The translations under genes were made by a program, and so were the position numbers. From Mobula hypostoma (lineage: Eukaryota), in contig NC_086108.1 in the NCBI RefSeq assembly GCF_963921235.1, forward strand, positions 84,384,001 to 84,448,000: a stretch of 64,000 nt of DNA. Reading direction: 5' to 3'. Position 1 is the stretch's first letter; every line of letters starts with the position of its first letter. The notes under the pieces were generated by a model. It searched no databases and was not told where the DNA came from. It worked only from the letters and a program-made list of their open reading frames with translations. Below, piece after piece: positions 37,030 through 49,358 of this stretch.

Positions 37030-38310
37030 ATGGAATTGAGCTATTTGAAGTGATGTTGAAATCCAAGAAGCATATTTCATGCAAAAGTGTATTCACCTAG
37101 GACTTTTAGGAAGGATAAATGAAAGAAAAGAAAGTGATGGGGATTGCTCTGGTGACAGGAAATGAAATAAGTACAATTGTGAGAGACATGGTAGGATTAA
37201 AAATATTGAGGTTTGTTAACGTCTAAAGCAAAGGACAGAAGACAATGGTAAGTGTATAGTGTAGGCCTCTCAAACAGCAGCCACACTACAAAAAGGAGTA
37301 CAAGTCAAGAACAAATAGGGTTATGTCAAAAATGTATATTACTAATCATGTGCAACAAGAAAGATAATAAATGATCACAATAAAAGATCCCCTTGGAAAT
37401 ATTGATATAGCATGACTCAATTTAGAATTTAATGTGAGTAAAGAACTTGGGTCTTATCTGTATTAAACATACAAGGAGAAGATGATAGACAAGCGGTGAT
37501 GACAGATGACTGAAAAAAGACCATTTATAACCAGTGGCAAAAATATATCACAATGAGAGGAAATAACGGAAAGGACTGAACTAAAGTTCAAAGTACAATT
37601 TATTATCAGAGTACATGCATATCACCACATACAGCCCTGAGATTCTTTTTTCTGCAGGTATACCAAGCAAATCTATAGAAAAGTAACTGCAAACAGGATC
37701 AATGGACAACTGTGAAAATGCAAAAATAAATAAATAGCAATAAATAATGAGAACATGAAATAACAAGATAAAGAGTCCTTCAAATGAGACCAGTGGTTGT
37801 GGGAACACCAGAAAGAACGAGTGTAGTTATCCCCTTTTGTTCAAGGGCCTGATGGTTGAGGGGTAGTAACTGTTCTTGAACCTGATGGTGAGAGTCCTGA
37901 GGCAGTTGTACCTTCTACCTGATGGCATGAAAAGAGCATGGCCTGGGTGGTGCCGGTCTTTGGTGATGGATGCTGTTTTTTCATGGCAATATTTCATGTA
38001 GATGTGCTCAATGGTTGGGAGGGCTTTACCTGTGATGTAACTATGTAACTATGGAAGTTAAGGAAAGTATCAATTTGAAGACGAAAATATACACAACGAC
38101 AGAAGTGAATGGTTAATTCAAGAATAGGATAAATTCAAAATCCAGAAAAGAAAGACTAAATACAAACCAAGTTAGAAAAAATAAATGAATAAACCAATTA
38201 GGTGAAAAATATAAGAACTCACAATGCAAGATTCATTAGTATATAGAAAGGAAGAAAGAGGTCAAAGTGAAGATACACTCCTTAGAAAAAGAGGGAAAGG
38301 AAATAGTTAA
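37030..38310 (+). mobile_element. Ancient CR1 endonuclease-region fragment, split by Rex1
   Basis: Degraded FRKD...G.ALV...V.RP motifs. Confidence 0.45.
37581..38040 (-). mobile_element. Rex1/Babar 3' fragment
   Basis: Reverse TIEHIYMK...SITKD.HHPGHA...TIRFKNSYYP; shared 3'UTR. Confidence 0.7.
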
Positions 38311-38311
38311 C

Positions 38312-38645
38312 TGACACTTTATTAAGTACACCTCTACACCTGTTCATTAATGCAGATATTTAATCAGTTATTCATGTGGCAGCAACTCAATACACAGAAG
38401 TAAGCAGACATGGTCAGGTGTTGTTCAGCCCAAACATCAGAAATGGGATTTAAATGACTTTAACTGCTGTTGGTGCCAGATGGGGTGGTTTGAGTACCTC
38501 AGAAACCTCTGATCTCCTGGGAATTTTCATGCACATTACAATTTACAGAGAACGGTGTGAAAAACAAAAAACATCTAGTGAGTGGCTACAGCAGCAAAAG
38601 ACCACAGACATACACTCAGTGGTGACTTCATTAGGTACAGGAGGT
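38312..38645 (+). mobile_element. Tc1-derived non-autonomous fragment
   Basis: cacttttattaagtacacc repeated as tacactcagtggtgacttcattaggtaca; short transposase-like vestige gttggtgccagatggggtggtttgagt. Confidence 0.5.
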
Positions 38646-39654
38646 AAGTAGACTTGAGAAAAGCTGAATCAGCCGTGGTATTGAATGGTGGAGCATTCTT
38701 GAGGTGTCTTACAGAAGAGATAATAAAAGCACCAAAAAAAATGCCTCCAGTCCAACCAATGTGTACGTGGACCATCTCATGTCTACAATAATCTACAAAC
38801 TGCACCCTGTTCACATACAATATCATTATGAATGTATTACTTAAATTGCTCAGAGCACATCCAAGCAGGTGAAATATAAACCGTCAAATTTAGCTGTCAA
38901 ATCCCCCACTATATTACCATTTATTAATGACTTTTTTAAGGAAGAGGTTATTTTGTAAAGTTTCTATTTTTGGTTCATACTTAACCTCACATGCATTGAT
39001 GTTTAACTCCCATCACTGAGTAAGCAGTCAACTCTTGCAATAATTATGTAAATTCCTTGATGTAAACATGCCATCTAATCCGATGTCCTTCCTGATGAAA
39101 TGTCAACTTTTATTTCTTTCCCATAGAAGCCCCCTAACCTACTGAGTTCCTCTAGCATTTTGTAAGTGTTACTCTGAATTTGCAGCATCTGCAGAATCTC
39201 TTGTGGTAATGCCCTCTAACCCATGCATAATTTCCTTTACACTTCTTTAAGATAATTTTGTTGTTTCCTTCCTCTTCTCTCCATCCATTCTATCATTTTT
39301 TTTCTTTGATTTTGTATTTCACTTCACATAACAGGCAAAGTACTTTAGTTGGTCAAGCCAGTAGGTTGGCAACTCTTTTGATAATCTGAACCACTTAATA
39401 AAGCCAAGTTTCACAACAATTATTTTTATTACACACAGCCTTGAAAATGCAAATAGTTGCAATTTACCAAGTCTAGTTTCTGTTCTTGTTGGTATTAAAC
39501 TGTAACAGGCAAACACTATTTTCCTTATTAAAATGCAGGAAACTATGATCTGTTTTTAAGTGCTCATCTTTCATCATGGAGGAATCGAGAACCAAAGAAT
39601 ATTGTTTACAAATAAGTCACCCATAATAATGTGATTTCACTCTCTCTCAGAAAA

Positions 39655-39915
39655 CTATTTTTTTAACCTATTGAGATACAGTGTGGAATAGGCCCTTCTG
39701 GCCTTTTCAGCTGCACTAGCAGCAAACACCAATTTAACCCCAGGCTAATCACGATACAATTTACAATAACCAGCTAACCTACCAACTGTTGGACTGTGGA
39801 AGGAAACTGTACCACCCTTCTCCATGGGTCCATGAGGAGAACTACAGTCAGTGGGAGGAAATGAACCCTGGGTTGCTGGTACCACAAAACATTGTGTTAA
39901 CCACAACACAATCTC
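39655..39915 (-). mobile_element. V-SINE (HE1-like)
   Basis: Similar to 895-1335: tggactgtggaaggaaac...gaaccctgggttgctgg...tgttaaccac. Confidence 0.6.
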
Positions 39916-39919
39916 CACT

Positions 39920-41385
39920 GTGCAGGAGAGAGGTCCAGTTCTGTCCATAATATTTCTGAGTATTCACTTTTGATCACCTCTGAGAAACAGAGCCCATCTC
40001 TGCATTCCTGCTGCCGCTGTTAGTAGAACACACTTTCGTTGACTGAAAATGGACACTAATGGTTGATGATCAGCAATGAGGGTAAACTCTCTTCCAAACA
40101 AGTACTGGTTAAAAAGTTTTGTACCCCAAACCAGACTCATGGCCTCTCTGTCAATCTGTTTGTAATTTTTCTCTGGAGCAGAAAGGGAATGTGATGCAAA
40201 GGCAATCGGGCATTCACTTCCAACATTCAAAACATATAACATGACTGCACCTATACCATAAGGAGAGGCTCCACTGGCAAGTTTCACTGGATGATGTGGA
40301 TCACAATGTGTGAGTACAGTGTCAGATGTCACCAATTTATTTACCTTCTTGAAAGCAATCTCAAACAGCTTTGTCCATTGCCACTTCTTCCTGATCTGCA
40401 GTAATGAGTCCACAGTAGCCAGATGTAGCAGAAACCTGTTATAGTAGTTGACAAAGTCTAATAAGGACCACAATCATGACATGTCCTTTGGCCTTGGGGC
40501 ATCCACCCCTGCTTGAATTATCTCAGCACACTTGTGTATTCCTCATATGTCAATCACATGACCACAGTGAGTGATGCTTGGTTTAAAGAATTCATACTTG
40601 TTATGTCGTTCTCTGAGCCAATAATCTTCCAATCTTTTTAACAGTGTCTTGAGATTTTGGAGACGATCCTTGTCATTCTCACCAGTACTAATGATGTATT
40701 CCAGGTAAAACTGAATGCCTATGCAGCCTTGCATCACCTGATCCATAGCATTTTGCCAGAGTGTAGGTTCAGATGCTACTCAAAAAAATAAGCCTATTAT
40801 AACGATAAAGCCCTTTGTGGGCGTTTATGGTGAGAAACAATTCTTCCATCTCCATCTGCAAGTAGGCCTCATCTAAGTCCACTGTGCTGAAGTGTTTTCC
40901 TTCAGAAAGGTTTGCAAAGATATCCTCTACCCTGGGTAGAGTGTGTTGATCTACTTTCAGTACTGGATTGATGGTAACTTTAAAATCACCACAGATCCTG
41001 ACAGACCCGTTCTTCTTGGCTTCTGTGATTACGGGTGTTGCCCATCGATTCACTCAACCTTGGAAAGAATTCCTTCAGCTTCCATGCAATCCAGCTCACT
41101 GATGGTATATGGAACCGGATGGGCTTTGCAAATCTTGGGTGTGATATTTTCATTTAACACCATTTTACCCTTTTCCAAAGCCATCCTTGACCACTGCTGT
41201 TGCATCACCCAGTACCTTTCTTAATTCACATTCAGTTGCCAGGGACGTGGCATGCAAATTATGCATGGATCTCCAGTCAAGTTGCAGTCTCAGCCAATCT
41301 CATCCCCACAATGCAAGTCTTTCTGTTTTTACCACATACAAGTTACATGTGGCTTGCCGGCTGACGTATTCCACTGTAATGAATG
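39920..41385 (-). mobile_element. Gypsy/Ty3 LTR retrotransposon pol fragment (RT-RNase H), decayed
   Basis: WATPV...KKNGSVRICGDFKVTINP, DLDEAYLQM, HKGLYRYNRL, ASPYGIGAV, PIAFAS, EKNY.QIDREA, DHQPL, MQRWAL. Confidence 0.9.
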
Positions 41386-41387
41386 TC

Positions 41388-42110
41388 CATAAGACACAGG
41401 AGCAGAGTTAAGCCATTCAGTTCATTGAGTCTGCTCCGCCATTCCATCATAGCTGATCCCCGATCCCACTCAACCCTGTACACCTGCTTCTACCATATCC
41501 ATTGATGACCTGACCGATCAGGAAACAACCAACTTCCGCCTTAAACACATCCAAGGACTTGGCCTCCACCGCAGTCTGTGGCAGAGGATTCCACAGATTC
41601 ACTACTCTCTAGCTAAAACAATTCCTTCTTACCTCTGTTCTAAAAAGTCACCCCTCAATTCTGAGGCTGTGCCCTCATGTTCTGCATAACCCCACCAGAG
41701 GAACCGTCCTCTCTACATCCACCCTATCTAGTCCTTTCGACATTCCAGTGAGTACAGGCCCAAAGCTGCCAATCACTCCTCATATGTCCATTCCCAGAAT
41801 CATCCTCGTGAACCTCCTCTGGACTCTCTCCAATGACAACACAACATTTCTGAGATATGGGGTCCAAAGCTGTTGGCAATACTCCAACTGCAGACTGCCC
41901 CAATACCAACCCCTGAGGAACACCACTAGTCACTAGCAGCCAACCAGAAAAGCCATCCTTTATTCCCATTCGCTGCCTCCTGCCCGTCGGCCATTCCTCT
42001 ATCCATGCCAGTATCTTCCCTGTGAAGCCATAGAATTTTATCTTGTTCAGCAGCCTCATATGTGGCACCTTATCAAATGCCTTCTGAAAATTCAAGTACA
42101 TGACATCCAC
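41388..42110 (-). mobile_element. Internally deleted CR1 3' fragment
   Basis: ORF 41724-42110 YLNFQKAFDKVPH...SGVPQG joined directly to the 3' region and tail. Confidence 0.8.
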
Positions 42111-42239
42111 TCTGTTTGTCAGAAGAAGCTACAGTCTAATCAAGGACAGAGGAAGCAGACCCACCAGTTCTCTGTTTCCCCCCCATTTTGTGGACTCTGA
42201 ACCGATTCTTGATCTTGGATAATCTAATCAGAGCAACTG

Positions 42240-44200
42240 AATGTGCACACAATCTCTCTGGCTTTCCGCTCAGCTTCGGAGCACCTAGACATCAGCAAAA
42301 CGCACATCAGCTGCTGTTAATCAACCATACCTCGCAATGAACACAATCATCCCCTCATTAATAATCAAAAAGCTTCAAAACCTTGGTCTCTGTACCTCCC
42401 TTTGTAACTGCCAACATCTGATGCAATCATAAGACCATAAAACGTAGGAGCAGAATTAGACCATTTGTCCCATCGAGTCTACTCTGCCGTTTCATCATGG
42501 CTGATCCACTTTTCCTCTTAGCCTCAATCACTTGTCTTCTCCTGATATCCCTTCATGCCCTGACCAATTAAGAATCTATCAACCTCTGCCTTAAATATAC
42601 ATTCAGACTTTTTTCATCACAGCTGCCTGTGGCAAAGAATTCCACAGATTCAGCACTCTCTGGCTAAAGAAATTCCTCCCCCTCTCCATTCTAAAAGGAC
42701 ACCCCTCTATTCTGAGACTGTCTTCTAGTCTTAGACTCTCCCACCATAAGAAACATCCTCTCCATATCCACTCTATCAAGGCCTTTCACCATTCGATAGG
42801 TTTCAATTATGTCATCCTTTATTCTTCTGAATTCTAGTGAATACAGGCCCAGAGCCATCAAACACTCTTCATATGACAAGCCATTCAATTCTTGAATCAT
42901 TTTTCTGAACCTCCTTTGAACCATCTCCAGTTTCAACACATCCTTTCTAAGGGGCCCAAAACTGCTCACAATACTCCAAATGAGGCATCATCAGTGCTTT
43001 ATAAAGTTTCAACATTGCTTTTATATTCTAGGCCTCTTGAAATTAATGCTAACATCACATTTGTCTTCCTCACCACAGACTCAGTTTGCAAAAGGACTCC
43101 CAAGTCCCTTTGAACCTCAGATTTTTGAATTTTCTCTCCATTTAGAAAATATTCAACCCTTTCATTTCTTCTATCAAAGTGCATGACCATACACTTCCCG
43201 ACACTGTATTCCATCTGCCACTTCTTTGCCCATGCTCCTAATCTGTCCGAGTCCTTCTGTAGCCTTTCTACTTCCTCAAAACTACTTACCCTTCCACCTA
43301 TCTTCATATCAACTGCAAACTTTGCAACAAAGCCATCAATTCCATCATCCAAATCATTGGCATATAATGTAAAAAGAATCGGTCCCAACAAAGACCCCTG
43401 TGGAACACCACTAGTTACTGGCAACAAGCCAGAAAAGACTCCCTTTATTCAGAATCCTGCCAATCAGCCACTGCTTTATCTATGCTAGAATCTTCCCTAT
43501 AATATCACAGGTTTGTAGCTTTTTATGAAGAAGGAATTATGAAGGAGGACTGCCAGCAGCTCTACTGTATTAAGAGCTGGAGGAGATTTCGTATGTCACT
43601 AAAGACTCTAACAAATTTTTTACAGATGAATGGTGTACTAAAAATCTATTTCCAACTTAGTTCTAATACATGCTAACTAGCATTTCACAGCATGTGGAAC
43701 CTTTGTATCTATAACATTCCAAAATCATGAATGCTAAAGAAAAGATGTAAATGTTTGAAACTGTTGCTATTTATTTTATGTACAGTGGAGAGCATTCTGA
43801 TGGATGCATCTCAGCCTGGTATGGAGGCTCTAATGCAGAGCGTCATAAAAAGCTATAACCAATTCCATCATGGGCATAAACCTTCCTGACTTCAAGAGGC
43901 AGTGCCTCAGGGACCCATTAAGGATCCATCATTAATGACCTTCACCATCTGGGATATGCCCTCTTTGCTACCATCGGGAATGTGGTATAGAAGCCTGAAG
44001 ACCTACACAATAGTTTAAGAACAGTTTCTTCCCCTCCGCCATCCCATTTTTGAATGGTCCATGAACCCATGAACACTATCTTGTTATTTATATTTGGCAC
44101 TAATTATTTATATCTGTAACTTACAGAGATTTTTATGTCTTGCGTTGTACCGCTGCTGAACAACATATGTCAGGTGATAATAAGCCTGATTCTGGGTCTA
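42240..44200 (+). mobile_element. Degraded Rex1/Babar pieces (about 42240-42410 and 43535-44200) flanking a CR1
   Basis: EHLD...NTIIPS...KLQNLGLCTSLCN; later KTLTNF, CTVESIL, FKNSFFPSAI and ataagcctgattct end. Confidence 0.6.
42428..43520 (-). mobile_element. 5'-truncated CR1 LINE
   Basis: ORFs 42999-43427 (SGVPQGS...KFAVDMK) and 42691-42969; tail cataagaccataa. Confidence 0.85.
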
Positions 44201-44479
44201 TTTTTATTCATTTCACATTAAACATTGTATGCTTCAAGCAAGCTGCTGACCTACTTATTCCCATGAAAAACTTGTGCTAAGCTGCCTGGCTATCCTTTCA
44301 CCCCTAGCTTCACATCCATGTTCAGATAAATTATCACAAATTTCCACCTACAATGGTGATAGCATATCCCTATCCAAACCTACGCTTGTGGAGAAGGCCA
44401 CTATTTTCACCGTATATTAAACTCTGACAATCCACTATCCGTCCATTCAAAAATCCTGATTGTTCAGCATCAGCATTAC

Positions 44480-45185
44480 TGATGGTTCAGTACGTGTGTG
44501 GACAACGTCGGTACCTCAAGGACAGTGATCACAAGGTCCAAACAGAAGCCTTGGCTGAACGCAGAGGTGTGCTCCCTACTAAACGCACAGGATGCTGCCT
44601 ACAAATCCAGTGACAGAACAGATCCAAGAGCATCTGGGAGAACCCTCATCTTAGGCATCAAGATATTAAAGGCCACCTGCGCACAATGAGAAGCGCTGGT
44701 CTAGAGAGCTATCTAAAAACTATTTTATAGCCAGTAGAAGCCATCCTTCAGCCTGGTGGTACATGCTTTCAGTCTTTTGTATCTTCTGCCTGATGGAAGA
44801 TGGGAGAAGAGAGAAAGTCTGGGGTGAGCACACCTTTTGATTATGCTGGCTGCTTTACTGAGGCTATGTGAGTATAGACAGAGTCCATGGAGGGGAGGAT
44901 GGTTTCTGCGATGAGTTGAGTTGTGTCCACAACTCTGCAGTTTCTTGGGGCCATGTGCAGAGAAGTCACCATACCAAACCATTGTGCATCCAGATAGAAT
45001 ACATTCTACAGTGCATCGATAAAAACTGGTAAAGGTTGACAGCCCCAAATTTCTTTAGCCCCCGCCCCGCCCCGAGGAAATAGAGATATTTGGGAAGGAT
45101 TTTAGACCGTGGCACAGTATTAACATGTTTGGAGCAGGACACCGGCTATTGGTGATGTTCACTTGCAGAAACTTGAAGATCTCCA
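44480..45185. mobile_element. Two Rex1/Babar fragments in opposite orientation
   Basis: + KQKPWLNAEV (44498-44689); - FYRCTVECILSGCTMVWYG...LPSGRRYK (44725-45048). Confidence 0.65.
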
Positions 45186-45687
45186 TAAGACTATAAGACA
45201 TAGAAGAAAAATTAGGTCATTCAGCCTACCGGTCTGCTCCTCCATTCCATCATGGGTGATCCCGGATCCCACTCAACCTCAAACACCAGTCTTCTTGGCA
45301 TCACCATTGGTGCCCTGACCGATCAGGAAACATTCAACTTCTGCTTTAAATATGCTCACAGACTTGGTTTCCACCACAGGGTGTGGCAGAGCATGCCACA
45401 GATTCACTACTCGCAGGCTAAAGAAATTCTCCCTTACCTCTGTTCTAAAAGGGTCACCCCTCAATTCTGAGGCTGTGCCCTCTAGTTCTGGATACCACCA
45501 CCATAGGAAACAACCTTTCCCCATCCACCTCATCCAGTCCTTTCAATATTTGGTATGTTTCAATGAAATCCCCCCAAATTCTTCTAAATTCCAGTCAGTA
45601 GAGGCCCATAGCTGCCAAACACTCCTTCTATGTTAATCCCTTCATTCCCAGAGTCATCCTCGTGAACCTCCTCTGGACTCTCTCAAT

Positions 45688-46735
45688 AGACAGTAGACAA
45701 TAGACAATAGGTGCAGGAATTGGCCATTCAGCCCTTCAAGCCAGCACCGCCTTTCACTGTGATCATGGCTGATCATCCACAATCAGTATCCAGTTCCTGC
45801 CTTATTAGATTAGATTAGATTAGATTCAACTTTATTGTCATTGTGCCAAGTACAGATGCAAAGCCAATGAAATGCATTGAGCATCTGACCAGAAATGCAA
45901 AGAACAGTGTTATTTACAAAATAATATAAAAGTACTGAGACAGTACAATATGGGTGCAATACTGCTTAGCGCTGTGATGAGAAGTTCAGCAGTGTCACAG
46001 CCTCAGGGAAGAAGCTCTTCCTGTGCCTGCTGGTGCAAGAGTGGAGGCTCCTGTAGTGCCTACCGGATGGGAGGAGAGTAAAAAGTCCATGGTTGGGGTG
46101 AGATGCATCCCTGATAATGCTTTTCGCCCTGCCCAGGCAGCGTTTATGGTAGATGTTCTCAATGGTGGGCAATTGGGTGCCGATAATCCACTGGACAGTT
46201 TTCACCACACGCTGGAGTGCTTTGCAGTCCGATACGGGACAATTGCCATATCACACTGAGATGCAGTTGGTGAGTATGCTCTCAAAGGTACAGCGTTAAA
46301 AGTCCGTCAGTATCCTGGGACAGAGGTGAGTTTTCTTCATGCTCCGCAGGAAATAGAGGCGCTGTTGCGCCTTTTTGATCAGGATGGAGGAGTTCAGGGA
46401 TCAGGTGAGATCCTCGGAAATGTGGACAGCAAGAAATTTAAAGCTTGATACACACTCCACTACAGTTCCATTGATGTAGATGGGGACGTGAGTGTGACTT
46501 CTGGCATGCCTGAAGTCTACAATGATCTCCTTGGTCTTCTGGGTGTTAAGGGCCCAGTTGTTGTCAGCACACCACGCGGCCAAGTGCTGGACCTCGTCCC
46601 TGCAGGCCGTAACGTTATCCCCATAACCTTTGATTCAGCTATCTTTAAGAGCTCTATCCATCTCTTTCTTGAAAACATCCAGAGACTTGGCCTCCACTGC
46701 CTTCTGGGGCAGAGCATTCCACATATCCACCACTC
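45688..46735 (-). mobile_element. Short CR1 3' fragment (second family), split by Rex1
   Basis: (tagacaa)n tail at 45688-45710; cagttcctgccttat | atccccataaccttt continuity across the Rex1. Confidence 0.7.
45806..46613 (-). mobile_element. 5'-truncated Rex1/Babar LINE
   Basis: ORFs 46401-46583 (KTKEIIVDFR...SSFKFLAVHISEDL) and 45966-46208; (attag)n tail. Confidence 0.85.
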
Positions 46736-47529
46736 TCCAATGACAACACATTCTTTCTGAGATATGGGGCCCAAAACTGTTGACAATACTCCAAGGGGCA
46801 GCCTGACTAGTCTCTTAATAAGCGTCAGCATTATCTCCTTGCTTTTATATTCTATTCCCCTTGAAATAAATGCCAACATTGCATGTGCCTTGTTTACCAC
46901 AGACTAAACCTGTAAATTAACCTTCTGGAAGTCTTGCACAAAGACTCCTTAAGTCCCTCTGCACCTCTGATGTTTGAATCTTCTCTCCACTTAGGTAATA
47001 GACCGCACTACTGTTCCTTTTTCCAAAATGCATTATCATACATTTCCCAACACAGTATTCCATCTACCACTTTTTTGCCCATTCTTCCAATTTGTTTAAG
47101 TCCTGCTGCAATCACATTGTTTCCTCAGCAACAACTACCCCTCCAGCTATCTTTGTATCATATGCAAACTTTGGCACAAAGCTATCAATTCTAATCATTG
47201 ACAAACAATGTGAAAAGCAGCAGTCCCAATACTAACCCCTGAGGAACACCACCAGTCACTGGCAGCCAACCAGAAAAGGCACCTTTTATTCCCACTCACT
47301 GCCTTCTGACTGTCAGCCATTCCGCTATCCATGTCAGTATCTTTCCTGTAATGCCAAAGGATTTTGTCTTGTTAAGCAGCCTCATGCATGGCACCTTATC
47401 AAATGCCTTCTGAAACTCCAAGTAAATGACATCCACTGCCTCTCCTTTGTCAACCCTGCTTGCTCCATAAATTAGTATGTAACATATTTCAATATGTAAA
47501 ATATTAAATTATAGAATGTAATATTCCAG

Positions 47530-47716
47530 CTGTCAGGTAAGCTTTCCTTTTACAGCAACCATGCTGACTTTGACTTATTTTCAGGGTCTCTAAGTACCCC
47601 AAAACCTCATCCTTAATATTAGACTCCAACACTTTCCAAACCACTGAGTTTAGGCTAACTGGCCTATAATTTCCTTTCTTTTGCCTTCCTCCCTTCTTAA
47701 AGAGTGGAGTGACACA
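47530..47716 (-). mobile_element. CR1 RT fragment
   Basis: VTPLFKKG...GNYRPVSL...SQHG. Confidence 0.7.
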
Positions 47717-47914
47717 TAATGATGATGATGATGAAGAGGGAAGAAACAAGGGTTAATGATTTCAGGGGGCTACAATAAGAATTAGGTGGCATCAGGTCCA
47801 AATGAACTGTGTGAAGGAGATGAGGGTAAACAATGGCCAAACTATCGGACTATTCCATTCTTAAAGTTGACACTTCAGAGAGAACTTGACCAAGCGGCCA
47901 GAATTTTGTGCAAC

Positions 47915-49300
47915 AGGTTTGGAAGTTGTTGGAATCGATTGTTAGGGATGACATTATGGAGTACCTGGAGGCACATGACAAGATAGGCCAAAGCCAGCAT
48001 GGTTTCCTGAAAGGAAAATCCCACCTGACTAACCTACTGCAATTTTTTGAGGAAATTACAAGCAGGACAGACAAAGGAGATGTAGTAGATGTGGTATACT
48101 TGCATTTTCAGAAGGCCTTTGACATGATGCCACACATGAGGCTGCTTAGCAAGATAAGAACCTATGGAATTACAGGGAAGTTACCAGCATAGGTGGAGTA
48201 TTGGCTGGTCAACAGAAAACAGAGAGTGGGAATAAAAGAATCATATTCTGGCTGACTGCCGGTTACCAGTGGAGCTCCACAGGGATCGGTGTTGGGACCG
48301 CTGCTTTTTACAATGTATGTCAATGAGTTGGACTATGGAATTAATGGATTTGTGGCTAAATTTGACGATGATACAAAGATAGATGGAGGAGTGGGTGGTG
48401 ATGAGGAAACAGAGAGCCTGCAGAGAGACTTAGATAGTTTAGGGGAATGGGCAAAGAAGACGTAAATGAAATACAATGTTGGAAAGTGTACGGTCATGCT
48501 CTTTGTTGGAAGAAATAAACAGGCAGACTATTATTTAGATGGAGAGAGAATTCAAAATGCAGAGATACAAAGGGACTTGGGAGTCCTTGTGCAGGATACC
48601 CTAAAGGTAAATCTCCAGGTTGGGATGGTGGTGAAGGCGGCGAATGCAATATTGGCATTCATTTCTAGTGGTATAGAATATAAAAGCAGGGATGTGATGT
48701 TGAGGCTCTATAAGGCACTCGTGAGACCACACTTGGAGTATTGTGTGCAGTTTTGGGCTCCTTATTTTAGAAAGGATATACTGATATTGCAGAGGGTTCA
48801 GAGAAGATTCAAGAGAATGATTCCAGGAATGAAAGGGTTACCGTATGAGGAATGTCTGGCAGCTCTTGGGCTATATTCCCTGAAGTTCAGGAGATGGCAG
48901 GGGGGGTGAATCTCATAGAAACATTCCAATGTTAAAAGGCCTGAACAAATCAGATATGACAAAGTTATTTCCCATAGTAAGGGAGTCTAGGACAAGAGGG
49001 CATGACTTCAGGATTGAAGGATGTCCATTTAAAACAGAGATGTGGAGAAATTACTTTAGTCAGAGGGTAATAGATCTGTGGAATTTGTTGCCACGAGCAG
49101 CTGTGGAGGACAGGTCATTGGGTGCATTTAAGGCAGAGATAGATAGGTTCTTGATTAGCCAGGGCATCAAAGGGTATGGGGAGAAGGCAGGGGAGTGAAG
49201 ATGACTGGAAGAATTGGATCAGCCCATGATTGAATGGTGGAGAAGATGGGCCAAATGGCCTACTTCTGCTCCTGTATCTTATGGTCTAATGGTCTTATGA
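47915..49300 (+). mobile_element. 5'-truncated CR1 LINE
   Basis: ORFs 47908-48192, 48466-48909, 48929-49198; tail ttatggtctaatggtcttatg. Confidence 0.88.
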
Positions 49301-49358
49301 TAAATTGTGCTGTTGCTTGATTGAACTGAACTACACTAAACATTCCTGGACTGTTTCG

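Larger units (their letters stand above)
45185..47460 (-). mobile_element. 5'-truncated CR1 containing a nested CR1 and Rex1
   Basis: Tail at 45185; sequence breaks at ctctggactctctcaat (45687) and resumes at ctccaatgacaacac (about 46735), continuing to the EFQKAFDKVP region near 47400. Confidence 0.8.

Noticed and set aside
33885..41385. LTR at 33885 and Gypsy pol at 39920 as one provirus
   Set aside because: Opposite inferred orientation, 5 kb of unrelated sequence between them, and no PBS/PPT or second LTR seen.
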